A stretch of DNA of 64,000 nt from an uncultured Clostridia bacterium (GTDB lineage: Bacteria > Bacillota > Clostridia > TANB77 > CAG-508), in NCBI GenBank assembly GCA_944387505.1, contig CALXFG010000002.1, positions 3,011 to 67,010 of the forward strand. Direction: 5' to 3'. The notes below the pieces were generated by a model. That model was not told where the DNA came from. It saw nothing but the letters and a program-made list of their open reading frames with translations, and did not search any database. The translations under genes were made by a program, and so were the position numbers. Below, in pieces: positions 44,663 to 54,500 of this stretch (position 1 is the stretch's first letter; each line of letters begins with the position of its first letter).

Positions 44663-45556
44663 TTATTCTTCCTCTTTTGATTTTGTAGTTCTTGGCTTAC
44701 GAGTTGTTGTTGTAGCTTTAGCTGTTGTTTTTCTTGTTGTACCTGTTTTTCTCGCTGTACTAGCTTTTGAAGTTGTTCCTGCTTTTTTTGTAGTACTTGT
44801 TTTCCTCGTTGTACTAGCCTTAGAACCTGCACTTGTCTTTGAACCTGCTCTTGTTCTTGTGCTTGTACTTGCTCTAGTTGTGGTTTTTGGACTTGATTTT
44901 TTCGTTGTTGTTCTGGTAGTTTTCTTTGGCCTTACAACAACCTCTTCCTCTTCGTAGACCTCATCCTCATCCTCGTCATATTCATCATCATCGTACTCTT
45001 CCTCTTCTTCTGCTTCTACTTCTAGTGCTTGTTTTTTCTTTTGCTTATTAAGATATTTGATTTCCATTACTAATTCAAATACTTCTTGTAAGAATAGTAA
45101 TAATGATACTACTACGATACAGAATAAGTATCCCCATCTAGATTCTAGTAGGCTTAATATATATCCCCATCCTTCTATAACAATTGTGTCATCTACTTTT
45201 CCGATAAAGTAATCATTTGCATAACTTTCTTCATTATCTACAACATATACCGTATGGGTTCCTTGTTGTGTTTTTGCTTGTAAAGTTGTGGTAATAACTT
45301 CATATTCTGAGCTATTTAATACTTTATACATGAATATTTTGTCTCCAACTTGTACATTTCTATCATTTGTTTCTTTTATTAATAGTATAGAACCTTGTTT
45401 ATATTCAGGCTCTAAAGAGTCATCATTAACTATATAAACCGTATAATCTCCAATTACACTATTATTATAATCATTATATGATAATAGTAATACTGTAACT
45501 GTAATAGCAATAATAGCATATAATACAAATAATATAGTTCCTAGTACTTTTTTCAT
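44663..45556 (-). CDS. SipW-like paralog with degenerate catalytic boxes and an acidic plus T/K/R/S-rich C-terminal tail. Probable pseudo-peptidase.
   Basis: The Ser box reads NDDSLEPEYKQGSILLI. There is no xHRx box at the homologous position (VITTTLQ) and no KGDNN box. After the C-terminal TM segment come EVEAEEEEEYDDDEYDEDEDE and KKTTRTTTKKSSPKTTTRASTSTRTRAGSK... Confidence 0.65.
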   Translation of the reverse strand: MKKVLGTILFVLYAIIAITVTVLLLSYNDYNNSVIGDYTVYIVNDDSLEPEYKQGSILLIKETNDRNVQVGDKIFMYKVLNSSEYEVITTTLQAKTQQGTHTVYVVDNEESYANDYFIGKVDDTIVIEGWGYILSLLESRWGYLFCIVVVSLLLFLQEVFELVMEIKYLNKQKKKQALEVEAEEEEEYDDDEYDEDEDEVYEEEEVVVRPKKTTRTTTKKSSPKTTTRASTSTRTRAGSKTSAGSKASTTRKTSTTKKAGTTSKASTARKTGTTRKTTAKATTTTRKPRTTKSKEEE

Positions 45557-45616
45557 TTTTTCTCTTCCTTGTATTCTAATATTTAGGTTTTTATATGGTT
45601 ATACCTATAAACCTTC

Positions 45617-46054
45617 TTATTGTGTTATTGGTTGTAGTTGTATTGATTGTGTACCTGTTAAATTTCCTTTTAATACAACACTGATGTCATATTGTTCTCC
45701 AACAGCTAAACTTTGTATCCAAGTTTGCATTTGTCCTAATACTTCTCCATCAGCACCAACCAAAATGGCATTTAAACTTTCATTTTCTACTGGATTATCT
45801 GTTGTGTTTAATATAGACATAGATACCATTGTTTCATCTTGACTATCTAAATATTCCATTGATACATTTGTTACTTCCATACTTTTATAGCTTGTATCTG
45901 GTAAAGCAACTACTGTTTGTTGTGGCTCCTCTTGTGTTTTATCTTTATTAACATTTCTAACTATTAAAACAACAGCAACAACTACTATAATAATCGCGAT
46001 AATTGCAATTAATAGTATTCCCAACATTTTTTTACCTTTTCTTACTTTTCTCAT
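45617..46054 (-). CDS. N-terminally anchored small beta-rich extracytoplasmic protein (145 aa, hypothetical)
   Basis: RBS GGAGGAG. TM segment: MLGILLIAIIAIIIVVVAVVLIV. Confidence 0.6.
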   Translation of the reverse strand: MRKVRKGKKMLGILLIAIIAIIIVVVAVVLIVRNVNKDKTQEEPQQTVVALPDTSYKSMEVTNVSMEYLDSQDETMVSMSILNTTDNPVENESLNAILVGADGEVLGQMQTWIQSLAVGEQYDISVVLKGNLTGTQSIQLQPITQ

Positions 46055-46149
46055 ATTCTCCTCCTTCTTTTCTACATTTTTTTATACTTTTCTACTATAT
46101 TTTATACCATAACTTTTTTTTAAAGTCTATACTTTTCCGAAAACTTTTT

Positions 46150-46272
46150 TGTCGCATTAGGTTCATTTGTCAATGTCCCGTTGAGATCGTTTTTCTGTGG
46201 GACATTTTCTCCCGTTGAGATCGTTTTTCTGCGGGACATTTTCTCCCGTTGAGATCGTTTTTCTATGGGACA
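46150..46272 (+). repeat. REP-like array of 4 copies (1 variant-B fragment plus 3 at a 35-nt period), abutting the RAYT stop codon
   Basis: TGTCGCATTAGGTTCATTTGTCAA, then TGTCCCGTTGAGATCGTTTTTCTGTGGGACA (46174-46204), TCCCGTTGAGATCGTTTTTCTGCGGGACA (46210-46238) and TCCCGTTGAGATCGTTTTTCTATGGGACA (46244-46272). Confidence 0.92.
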
Positions 46273-47046
46273 TTAACTTTGCATTGCTTTTTCTACTATT
46301 TTTCTATTAATTCCTAATACTCTTGATATTTGTGCTTTTGAGGTTCCTTTAATAATTTTTAATTCCTTCAATTTTGCATCTCTTGTATCTTTATCATACA
46401 TGCGAAATAGTCTCACGTTTTTTATTTTTAAAATCTGCTGGATTTTTTCTTTTACCTGTTCGTCTGTAATTTTATAGGCAAATTCATATTCTACTTCTTC
46501 ATTTATTAGATTTTCTTTACGACTATGATATATGATAAAATTTTTTATTGCTTCTTTTTTTGTTTGACCAAACATGGATAAAATAGGATTTGGATTTATA
46601 ATTTTAGAATTAAATAAAAACTCTTTATAACTGCTCCATTGATAATCTTCAGTTCTTGCAATATTCGCTTTTAATGGATTTTGATGAATATATCTACATA
46701 ATGTATACAAATATTCTCTAGTTTCAACACTTTTACTTAAAAATCTACCTTGAAATAAATGACCTTCTTTTTTATATTTTTTAGCAAAATATAATGAATA
46801 TGATATTGCCAAACTTTGCATTATTTTTGATAATACATCTTGACGATCAAAAATAATTATATGTACATGGTTGGTCATTAAACAATATTCATATATTTCG
46901 CAATGGTATTTCTCTTTTATTATCTTAAGTATTTTTAAAAACTTGCAATAATCTTGATGATCATAAAAAATATCTTGCTTATCATTTCCTCGTAGCATGA
47001 CATGATATATCTTTGTCATACTACCTTTTCTTATTTTATAGGGCAT
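46273..47046 (-). CDS. REP-associated tyrosine transposase (RAYT; IS200/IS605-type Y1 HUH transposase family) with a C-terminal HTH extension
   Basis: HUH motif: CLMTNHVHIIIF. Catalytic-Tyr motif: LCRYIHQNPLKANIA (RAYT-type YxxxNP). YHVMLRGN at the N-terminus. C-terminal HTH-like segment: GTSKAQISRVLGINRKIVEKA. RBS AAGGAGAG. Confidence 0.85.
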   Translation of the reverse strand: MPYKIRKGSMTKIYHVMLRGNDKQDIFYDHQDYCKFLKILKIIKEKYHCEIYEYCLMTNHVHIIIFDRQDVLSKIMQSLAISYSLYFAKKYKKEGHLFQGRFLSKSVETREYLYTLCRYIHQNPLKANIARTEDYQWSSYKEFLFNSKIINPNPILSMFGQTKKEAIKNFIIYHSRKENLINEEVEYEFAYKITDEQVKEKIQQILKIKNVRLFRMYDKDTRDAKLKELKIIKGTSKAQISRVLGINRKIVEKAMQS

Positions 47047-47170
47047 TTGCGTCTCTCCTTACTATATTTTTTTATTTTCCCCTATTTGCCCCCTAAAGTA
47101 TAGACAGTATAGCATATTTCTTTTCATTTTGCCATACTTTTCAATTAATTTGCTTAAATTTTTCAAAAAA

Positions 47171-47245
47171 GTCCCACAGAAAAACGATCTCAATGGGACA
47201 CACAAATGTCCCACAGAAAAACGATCTCAATGGGACATTGCGACA
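47171..47245 (-). repeat. REP-like array, 2 copies in reverse orientation plus a variant-B arm fragment
   Basis: GTCCCACAGAAAAACGATCTCAATGGGACA (47171-47200), TGTCCCACAGAAAAACGATCTCAATGGGACA (47207-47237), then TTGCGACA. Confidence 0.92.
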
Positions 47246-47250
47246 AATGA

Positions 47251-48127
47251 TTATTCATCATTTACAGTAATAACAGAAGTTGCATCACCCAATGGATAGG
47301 TATAATCTTGAGACATATCTACTTTATAAAATTTAATATTTTTAGCAGATTCCTTATCCATTGTAAAAGTAAATTTTTCTACATATCCATCACCATTTAC
47401 TTCTTCACTGCCTTCTACTCTATTTAGATAAGCTTCATCATTTAAGTCTATTCTTACAACATTTGGATTAAATTGTAATGAAACATTGCCTCCTGTTTCA
47501 TGGATATTTACCATTTTCAAAATCAAATAGTTCCTATTTGCAACATCTTCTATTTCATAACTATTGGCTAAAACTTGTTGTATTCTTAATGAAATCTCAC
47601 AAGAAATTTCTTTCTGATATGGTTCTTGTGTACTAGCTTTTATTCTTATCGTAATAATATCGTTTTGCTCTATTTGCGTTTTTGGTGTTACCACAATCTT
47701 GATTCTGCTAACATTATTAGCAGTGTCTCCATTTTTTGCATATATGATTCCTGTTGTTTCTGTAGGTCCACCAGCTTCATTGATTCCGCAATGTTACTTT
47801 ATCTGTATCTGGTGTTTCACACGAAAGTTGATATTCTAAGTCATAATCTAATCTTAATAATGTATTTTGATAACTATATAAATCAAAATTGATTTCATAA
47901 TTGTCTACACCACCCCAATTTTCATATTGGTATGTTGCATTATCAAGCGTTAATAAATCACTTGTAAAGTAAAATGCTTTTGAAGTGAAATAGGCTTCTC
48001 TTGCTTGGAAATATACATATCTACCAAATACTGAAAATGTAATGACTAGTATTAATAAAATAAACAGCAATATGATTTTTTTGATTCTTTTTTCTTTTTT
48101 TCTAATTCTTGCATGTTTTCTTTCCAT
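47251..48127 (-). pseudogene. N-terminally anchored beta-rich protein split by a +1 frame change near 47775-47795. Either a frameshifted gene or two ORFs. Paralog of 42945-43529.
   Basis: ORF 47777-48127 ends ...DKVTLRNQ*. The frame of ORF 47251-47694 is open upstream to ...HCGINEAGGPTETTGIIYAKNGDTANNVSRIKIVVTPKTQ..., overlapping the first ORF's end. There is no ATG or RBS for the second part (the track start is an internal GTG). Confidence 0.55.
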
Positions 48128-48159
48128 ATCTTATCCTTTCTTGTTTTAGCTTTTGTCTA

Positions 48160-48188
48160 ATTATTTTTTTGTTTTCATTATTTTTCAA
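48160..48188 (-). promoter_or_regulatory. Putative sigma-A promoter for the locus downstream of the giant gene
   Basis: On the minus strand: TTGAAA (rc 48183-48188), 17-nt spacer, AATAAT (rc 48160-48165), about 30 nt before ATG 48127. Confidence 0.3.
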
Positions 48189-48444
48189 GTAGACTGAGGG
48201 TGATTGTTCTGAATTTATCGCCAAATGCACTATAAAGTTAGCGTTTATCATCAAATGCACTATGGAATTAGCATTTAATCTATGTAGCTAGTTAAGGAGA
48301 TAATAAAAAAACAACCTTCCTCAACCTACTTAAAATAAATATTAAAATTTAAACATGATAGACATACCACCCGGGACATTACCGTCCCAGGTTGTATGTT
48401 AGTTCTACCATTGTTATTCTGCTGTTACATCAATCAGCCCCAAA

Positions 48445-48523
48445 TGTCCCATCAACAAACGAACTCAATGGGAGGAATGTCCCATCAACAAACGAACTCA
48501 ATGGGACAAATGGGACAGGACAC
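48445..48523 (-). repeat. REP-like array (variant C, reverse orientation), 2 copies plus a fragment, immediately after the giant gene's stop
   Basis: TGTCCCATCAACAAACGAACTCAATGGGA (48445-48473), TGTCCCATCAACAAACGAACTCAATGGGACA (48478-48508), then AATGGGACAGGACAC. Confidence 0.9.
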
Positions 48524-48524
48524 A

Positions 48525-51500
48525 TTAAGGAACTACGATGAATGATTTTCTGATGGTTTGTATTAATGTATTGTTGTAGTATGCCTTAAATACAATTTTA
48601 TACTCACCTGTACTGATGCCTTCTTTTATTGCCTTTTTGAATTCAATGTTCTCAATGTTTTCTCCTTCTGTTACTGTTGGATGTTGTTTTTTCTCCATGA
48701 TGACATATTCTTTACATCCATCTGCTGTTACTAAGCCTTGTCCTTCATAGTCTTCTGGTGTTTTCCATTCTGTACCATCTAGATTTTCCAAATAGTCTTT
48801 TAGGTCTACTGGTGTATATTCTATTGGATTATAACTACTTGTTCCATCTTCTGCTGATGTATATGTATCATTTCGTTTATACAATTCTACTCTTATATTT
48901 GTTTCATCTGTAGGTGATCCGACTTTTACATTTAAGTCTAAGCCGTCTCCTCCAACAAGGTTCATACGAGTTGTTTTATTAATAATTCTACTTCCATCAA
49001 CTGATTCTACTCCTGCTAGTCCTAATAGTTTATTAATAAATGTGATACGAATTTCTTGTTCTTGTTTTACTTCTCCTCCATAATGTGATCCATCATCTGA
49101 TGCGAAGAAGTAAATTTTTGCAATATATACACCGGCTGGTACACTGTTTTGGCTTAGTGCTAATTGATATTGATTTTGTATTGTAGATAATCCTGCTGAT
49201 AATGGAATTCTGATAACACCATCTGCGCCAACTCCATAAACGGTTGATGTTGTTTGATCAATGACTCTTAAGTTTTGGACTGCTGGTGCTTTGATTCTTT
49301 CTCCATGTTCATCTACAATTTCAACTGCCATACCTGTATATTTATCATAATATTTTGTATCTTTAATTGTTTCTCCCTCACTAGTTGTTTGTTCTATTAT
49401 GCTTGCATTAAATGTGAATGGAATTGCTAAATTATTATATACAGAATATGCTGTTTTACCATCGTTTGTTGTAACGGTTTCTGTCATAATAGCATTTTTG
49501 TTATACAAGTCATAAACAATTTGTGTGTCTCCATTATCATATTTAACTGCTCCTGATTGATTTCTCAACTCTAAGTAGGTTTCTTGTCCTAATTGATCTG
49601 CACTTATGTTAGAATCTTTGAAATCGATTGAAACATCATATTTCTCTAATGCATATCCAAAGTTTGGCTCAATATCATGATAATATAGACTATTATTATT
49701 TGCATATTTATCTGTTGTAGCTGTTCCACCCATTTCTACAAAGTCAGATAAGTTGTATAAGTATCTTGTTGTTCCAGATGTATTATCTGTTGCATCATAA
49801 TCGGTATCACTTGCTACTTGATAATAATATACTTTGTTTAGATTATCACCTTGTCCATAATCTCTTATGGTAATTCCTGTACCTTGTGGTAAAGGCATAG
49901 TGGTTGATAATACTCTATAATCTCCATTTGCATAGAAGTCTGATTGCCCACCATGTACTTCTTTGTACAATACATAAGTGATATCTACTTGGCTATCTGT
50001 TGTGTAGCTTAATTTTGTCTTACTACTATTTGTAAATGTTGGAATATAGTTTTCTATATTTGGTGTTTGTTCTGTTTGAAGATTTACTGCAATCACTACT
50101 TTAAAGGTATTTCCCATGCTTGCATCTTCACCTGATTTGGCTTTTCCAGTTAAGACAATATTGACATATCCTAAATCTTTTGTTTCAGAGATATTTACAG
50201 AACTAAATATCTTGAATAGTAAGGTTCCTGCTGTATTTGAATTGTCTGTCTTAAATACGGTATCTCCATCAAATGAACCATCTCCATCTGTATAGATGTT
50301 TGTTTCACCTGATTGTTGCCATCCAGAATTTGATGTTTGCATTGTTAATCCAAATGTGTTATTTGCATTTTCACTATAAATTGGTATTTGTAGTTTGTTA
50401 ATCAAGTTAACATCTGTATTTAATGCATTTGAGGTAATTCTATCAACGCTAAATGTTGTACCATTATATATTGCATTATCCACAAATGAATTGAAATCTA
50501 ATGTTAATTCTGCTGTTGATTCTGTTCCAAATATAGATGCAATGACTTGTGTATTATAGTTTACAATTTGTGCTCCTACAATCCAATCATAATAAGTTCC
50601 ATAGTCTGTTACTTCTATCACTTGTGGTGTCGCTGTGGTTGAACCATCACTTACCACATTTGTATAGAAGCCATCTACTGTTATATCATGATTTGATTTA
50701 TGTCTTCCTTCTATGTAGGTACCTGCTGCAAACATATTGGTTGTTGCTGCTCCTGCATAATCTGGTGCATAGATATCATATTCTTTATTTCCTGTAGTTC
50801 TATTATGTCTATACATTCCAAAGAATGCCATACCATTAACATCTCCCCAAATATCTTCGCTATTTCTATCGCTTAAATCTCCTTCTGCTTTTGCAAAGAT
50901 TAGGTTGACACCTTCAAAGGTATATATTCTGTTATCAACATTTCTTGTTACTGATCCATCGGCAATTGTTGCTGTTTCTTTTGTCGTACTTCCATCAGCA
51001 TTTGTTAATAAGCTTTCAAATCCTCCAACCATATTAAATCCGCGCTGTGTATATAGGGTTGTATTATTTTGTAAAGCTAATCCATTGGTAATTCTATTTA
51101 ATGTATAACTTGTTTTTTGATAGTAATTATTTTTATCTTGTGCACCAATTAACTCTAAATATGAATTATCAATTGTAACTTTACCAGTGCGTTCGATTGA
51201 AGTCATTGTATAACTTTGTGATGAAGTTCCAAAGTCTTTTATCATGACTGTTGATTTATCTGTTCCATCACTTGCTGTTGATGAATAGGTTGCATCTTTT
51301 CCAGCTCCGAAGATTCTTCCACTAAATGTGATTGGAGATTCTGTACTATTATCCATTAAGATATGTGTTTCTCCATAAACACTGACTGTATTGTAATCTT
51401 CGTTATCTGAATCGCCTGAACCATAAATGTTTCCATTGATAACAATATTTCCAGCTGTGAATGATTGATCGGTTACTGCATCTTTACCAATGTTGATATT

Positions 51501-54500
51501 GGTTGTTCCATAAACCGTTGAATTCTTTGAACCTCCATTGATGTCATTCTTGATTGTTCCACCTGTTATGTTGATGGTTGTAGAACCGACTGCATTATTT
51601 CTTCCAATGTCAGTTCCAAGTCCTCCACCATAAAGTTCTCCATTTATAGTTGCATTTCCTTTAATATTGATAGTTGTATTTCTTGTAATACCTTTGATTT
51701 TGTTTCCACCATAGATGTTTTGTGCAGTTGTTCCTTCAATGTTGATGGTTGCATTTGTAGTTTCTCCACCATCACCTGTTCCACCTTGGTTTCCACCAAA
51801 GATGTTGGTTACAGTTGCTCCATTTTGTGTCACATTTGCATTGGTTACACCTACATCATATCCTCCACCAAATACATTGTTTACGGTTCCAGAGTTTAAT
51901 TGTACATTTGTATTTGTTGTAACTCCTGCATTTTTAGAACCACCAAAGATTGTGTCAATTGTAATACCGTCTAAATTTACATTGGCTGTTCCGACTCCTG
52001 CACTATTACCACCGCCAAATACATTTGTTACATTTCCCATACTTAAGTTAACATTTGATGTTCCAACTGTTCCATTTGTGTTTGAACCTCCATAGATGTT
52101 GGTTACATTTGCTGTACCACTCTCTTCATCTCCTAAGTAAATGTTGGCTGTTGTGGTTGTTCCACCATAACCTCCACCATACACATCTGTTACCGTTCCG
52201 GTTACTAGATAGATATTTGAAGTTGTGACTGTTCCATCACCTTTTGAACCACCATAAATGGTACCTGCTGTCATTCCAACTAAGCTAATATTTACCTGAT
52301 TTGTAATTCCAGCCCCGTCTGATCCACCATAAATAGTTGGTGCAGTTGTACAATAGTTTAATTGAATATCAACCGTTCCTACTCTGTCATAAATTCCGCT
52401 ACCATAGATAGTTCCATTTATCGTTGGTTTAACAGTATCATCACCATAATAATTTCCTATGATAATCTGGACATCTTGGTTTGATGTATCTGCATTTAGT
52501 TGTGCTTGTGTGGTTAAATGATTTCCACCATAAATGTCATTAACAATTCCACCTAATATTTGAATTAGTGCTTCTTCTCTAACTTGATTTTGGTAAGCAC
52601 CACCATAAATGGTTCCCATAACTTGTCCATTATCGATTGTTATCGTACTACTTGTAGTGATTTCTCCAGTTGCATTATTGGTTACACCACAGTTATTACC
52701 TCCACCATAGATATCTCCTGTAATAATTGCTCCATTGTTTAATACAATATTCGTATTACCTGTAATTAATCCTGTATTTAGATTAATGTTTGTTCCATCA
52801 ATTACACCATTGCTTCCACCATAAATGTTTCCATTTACAGTTATCGCACTGTTAACATTTATATAGGTACTTCCTGTTACTTTTCCTTGTGCGGTTGTTG
52901 TTGCATTTGAACCACCATAAATATTTCCGGTTATCTGTAAAGCTCCTTGAAGATTAATGCTTGCACTTCCTGTTGAAGTATCATTTCCACCATGTCCAAA
53001 TACATTACCATTGATTTGACCACCGTAGAAGTATAATCTATTGGCCAATGGTTCTTCTTCAGTACTTGAATCCTTCGTCGTTGCCATTCTAGCGCCACCA
53101 TAGATATTGCCTGTGATATTTCCACCATACATATCTAATTGTGATACACCATCATTAAATCCATTGATTGATCTTAAATACATTACTGCATCTTCAGAAG
53201 CTCTATGGAATTTATTTTCACCTGTAAAGGTTCCACTCAAGATGGTCGTCACTGCATAATTTCTACTATAACCTGATGTAGTATCTTGTGCACCATTAGC
53301 ATTATATGGATAACATCTGTCTTCAAGTTCTCCCATTGCTAAATATCCTGTTATCTCTAATTTGTCATTTCTAGCAATCGCAGATTCTTTCATGGTACCA
53401 ATAATGACTTCATGAGAAACATATTTTTCCTTTGATGTTTGTCCAGCAAAATCCAAACTACTTCCTGCAATAATGTCATTATACTTACCTGCTTCTACAA
53501 TCACTCTGTGATTTCCGATAGTGCCTGTTGTTTCTTCCTCTTTATAGTTACCTCCAACAACACTTCCGAAAGTATACTTACCTTCTGGTGTTGAGATTCC
53601 TCTTCCAAGAGTTACATCTCCGTAGTTGGTAATTAAGATATTTGAATAATTGCCTGTTGCTAAGTAATCACTACCATCACTAACATTTGTAGAATCTGCA
53701 TATAATTTGATATTATCAAATGTGATGTCACCTTGTACATCCATATTAGATGAAACTTTTAGTTCTGCACCACTTGTTCTGTAATCTACACCTGCATATA
53801 AGCTTGTGATTGTAGCATTTCCTACTAATCTTTCACTACTGTTCCATTCGATAGCATCCATAATAACAATCATGTTATTTGTTGCATTTCCTGAAGCATT
53901 TAGTTTGCTATATGCAGTAGTTAAATTTTGAACTGGTGTTGTAGGTGATAAACCATTATTTGTGTTATTTCCATTGCTAGATACGAATATGACAGTTGCT
54001 TCTTGCCATACAGCTCTTAAGTTGGTTACTGTGTTTGGAATATCTGTATATAGGTCATAAACCTTACCATTTTCGAGAGCAACACCTCTTTCATCTGCCT
54101 CTGCCCATCCTGCAAAGCTATATGCAGTTTGTTCACCATTTTCGTATTTGAATGGTTCTGCAAATAAGTTGTTATCTCCGTTACCATAGATTTCTCCAAT
54201 TGAACTTGCTCTATATACGCTGCTTCCTTCATTTGTACCACTTGATGTTACATTCATTAACTCATGTACATAGCTTTGATGCATTTGTTCAAAATCAGGT
54301 GTTACATGATAGGTTACATTTGTATAATTTTCTGTATTACTACTAATTGCTGATTTAGAGAAACTAATCGTTGTTGCATTACTGTAATTATCAAATTCAT
54401 CTACTAATGTATCTTTTGCAATTACTAATGAATAGGTTCCGATTTCTGTTAGACCTGTTACATCAATTTGGTAAGTTTTTGAAATTTCATTTGCATCTTC

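Larger units (their letters stand above)
46150..47245 (-). mobile_element. REP-RAYT-REP unit: the RAYT gene bracketed by oppositely oriented REP arrays
   Basis: The left array (46150-46272) is in orientation TGTCCC.TTGAGATCG... The right array (47171-47245) is its reverse complement. Confidence 0.75.

Noticed and set aside
46150-46272. The tandem REP arrays here, and at 35428-35526 and 30132-30214, superficially resemble a CRISPR array.
   Set aside because: The spacers are only 3-7 nt and are identical to each other (ATTTTCT, for example). The arrays have 2-4 units. The same unit is dispersed at 18 sites in both orientations. No cas genes are visible.
28419-48127. A prophage or integrative element as the explanation for the accessory locus.
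   Set aside because: No integrase, terminase, capsid, tail or recombinase genes are present. The only mobile-type gene is the RAYT, which is associated with REPs rather than with cargo islands.
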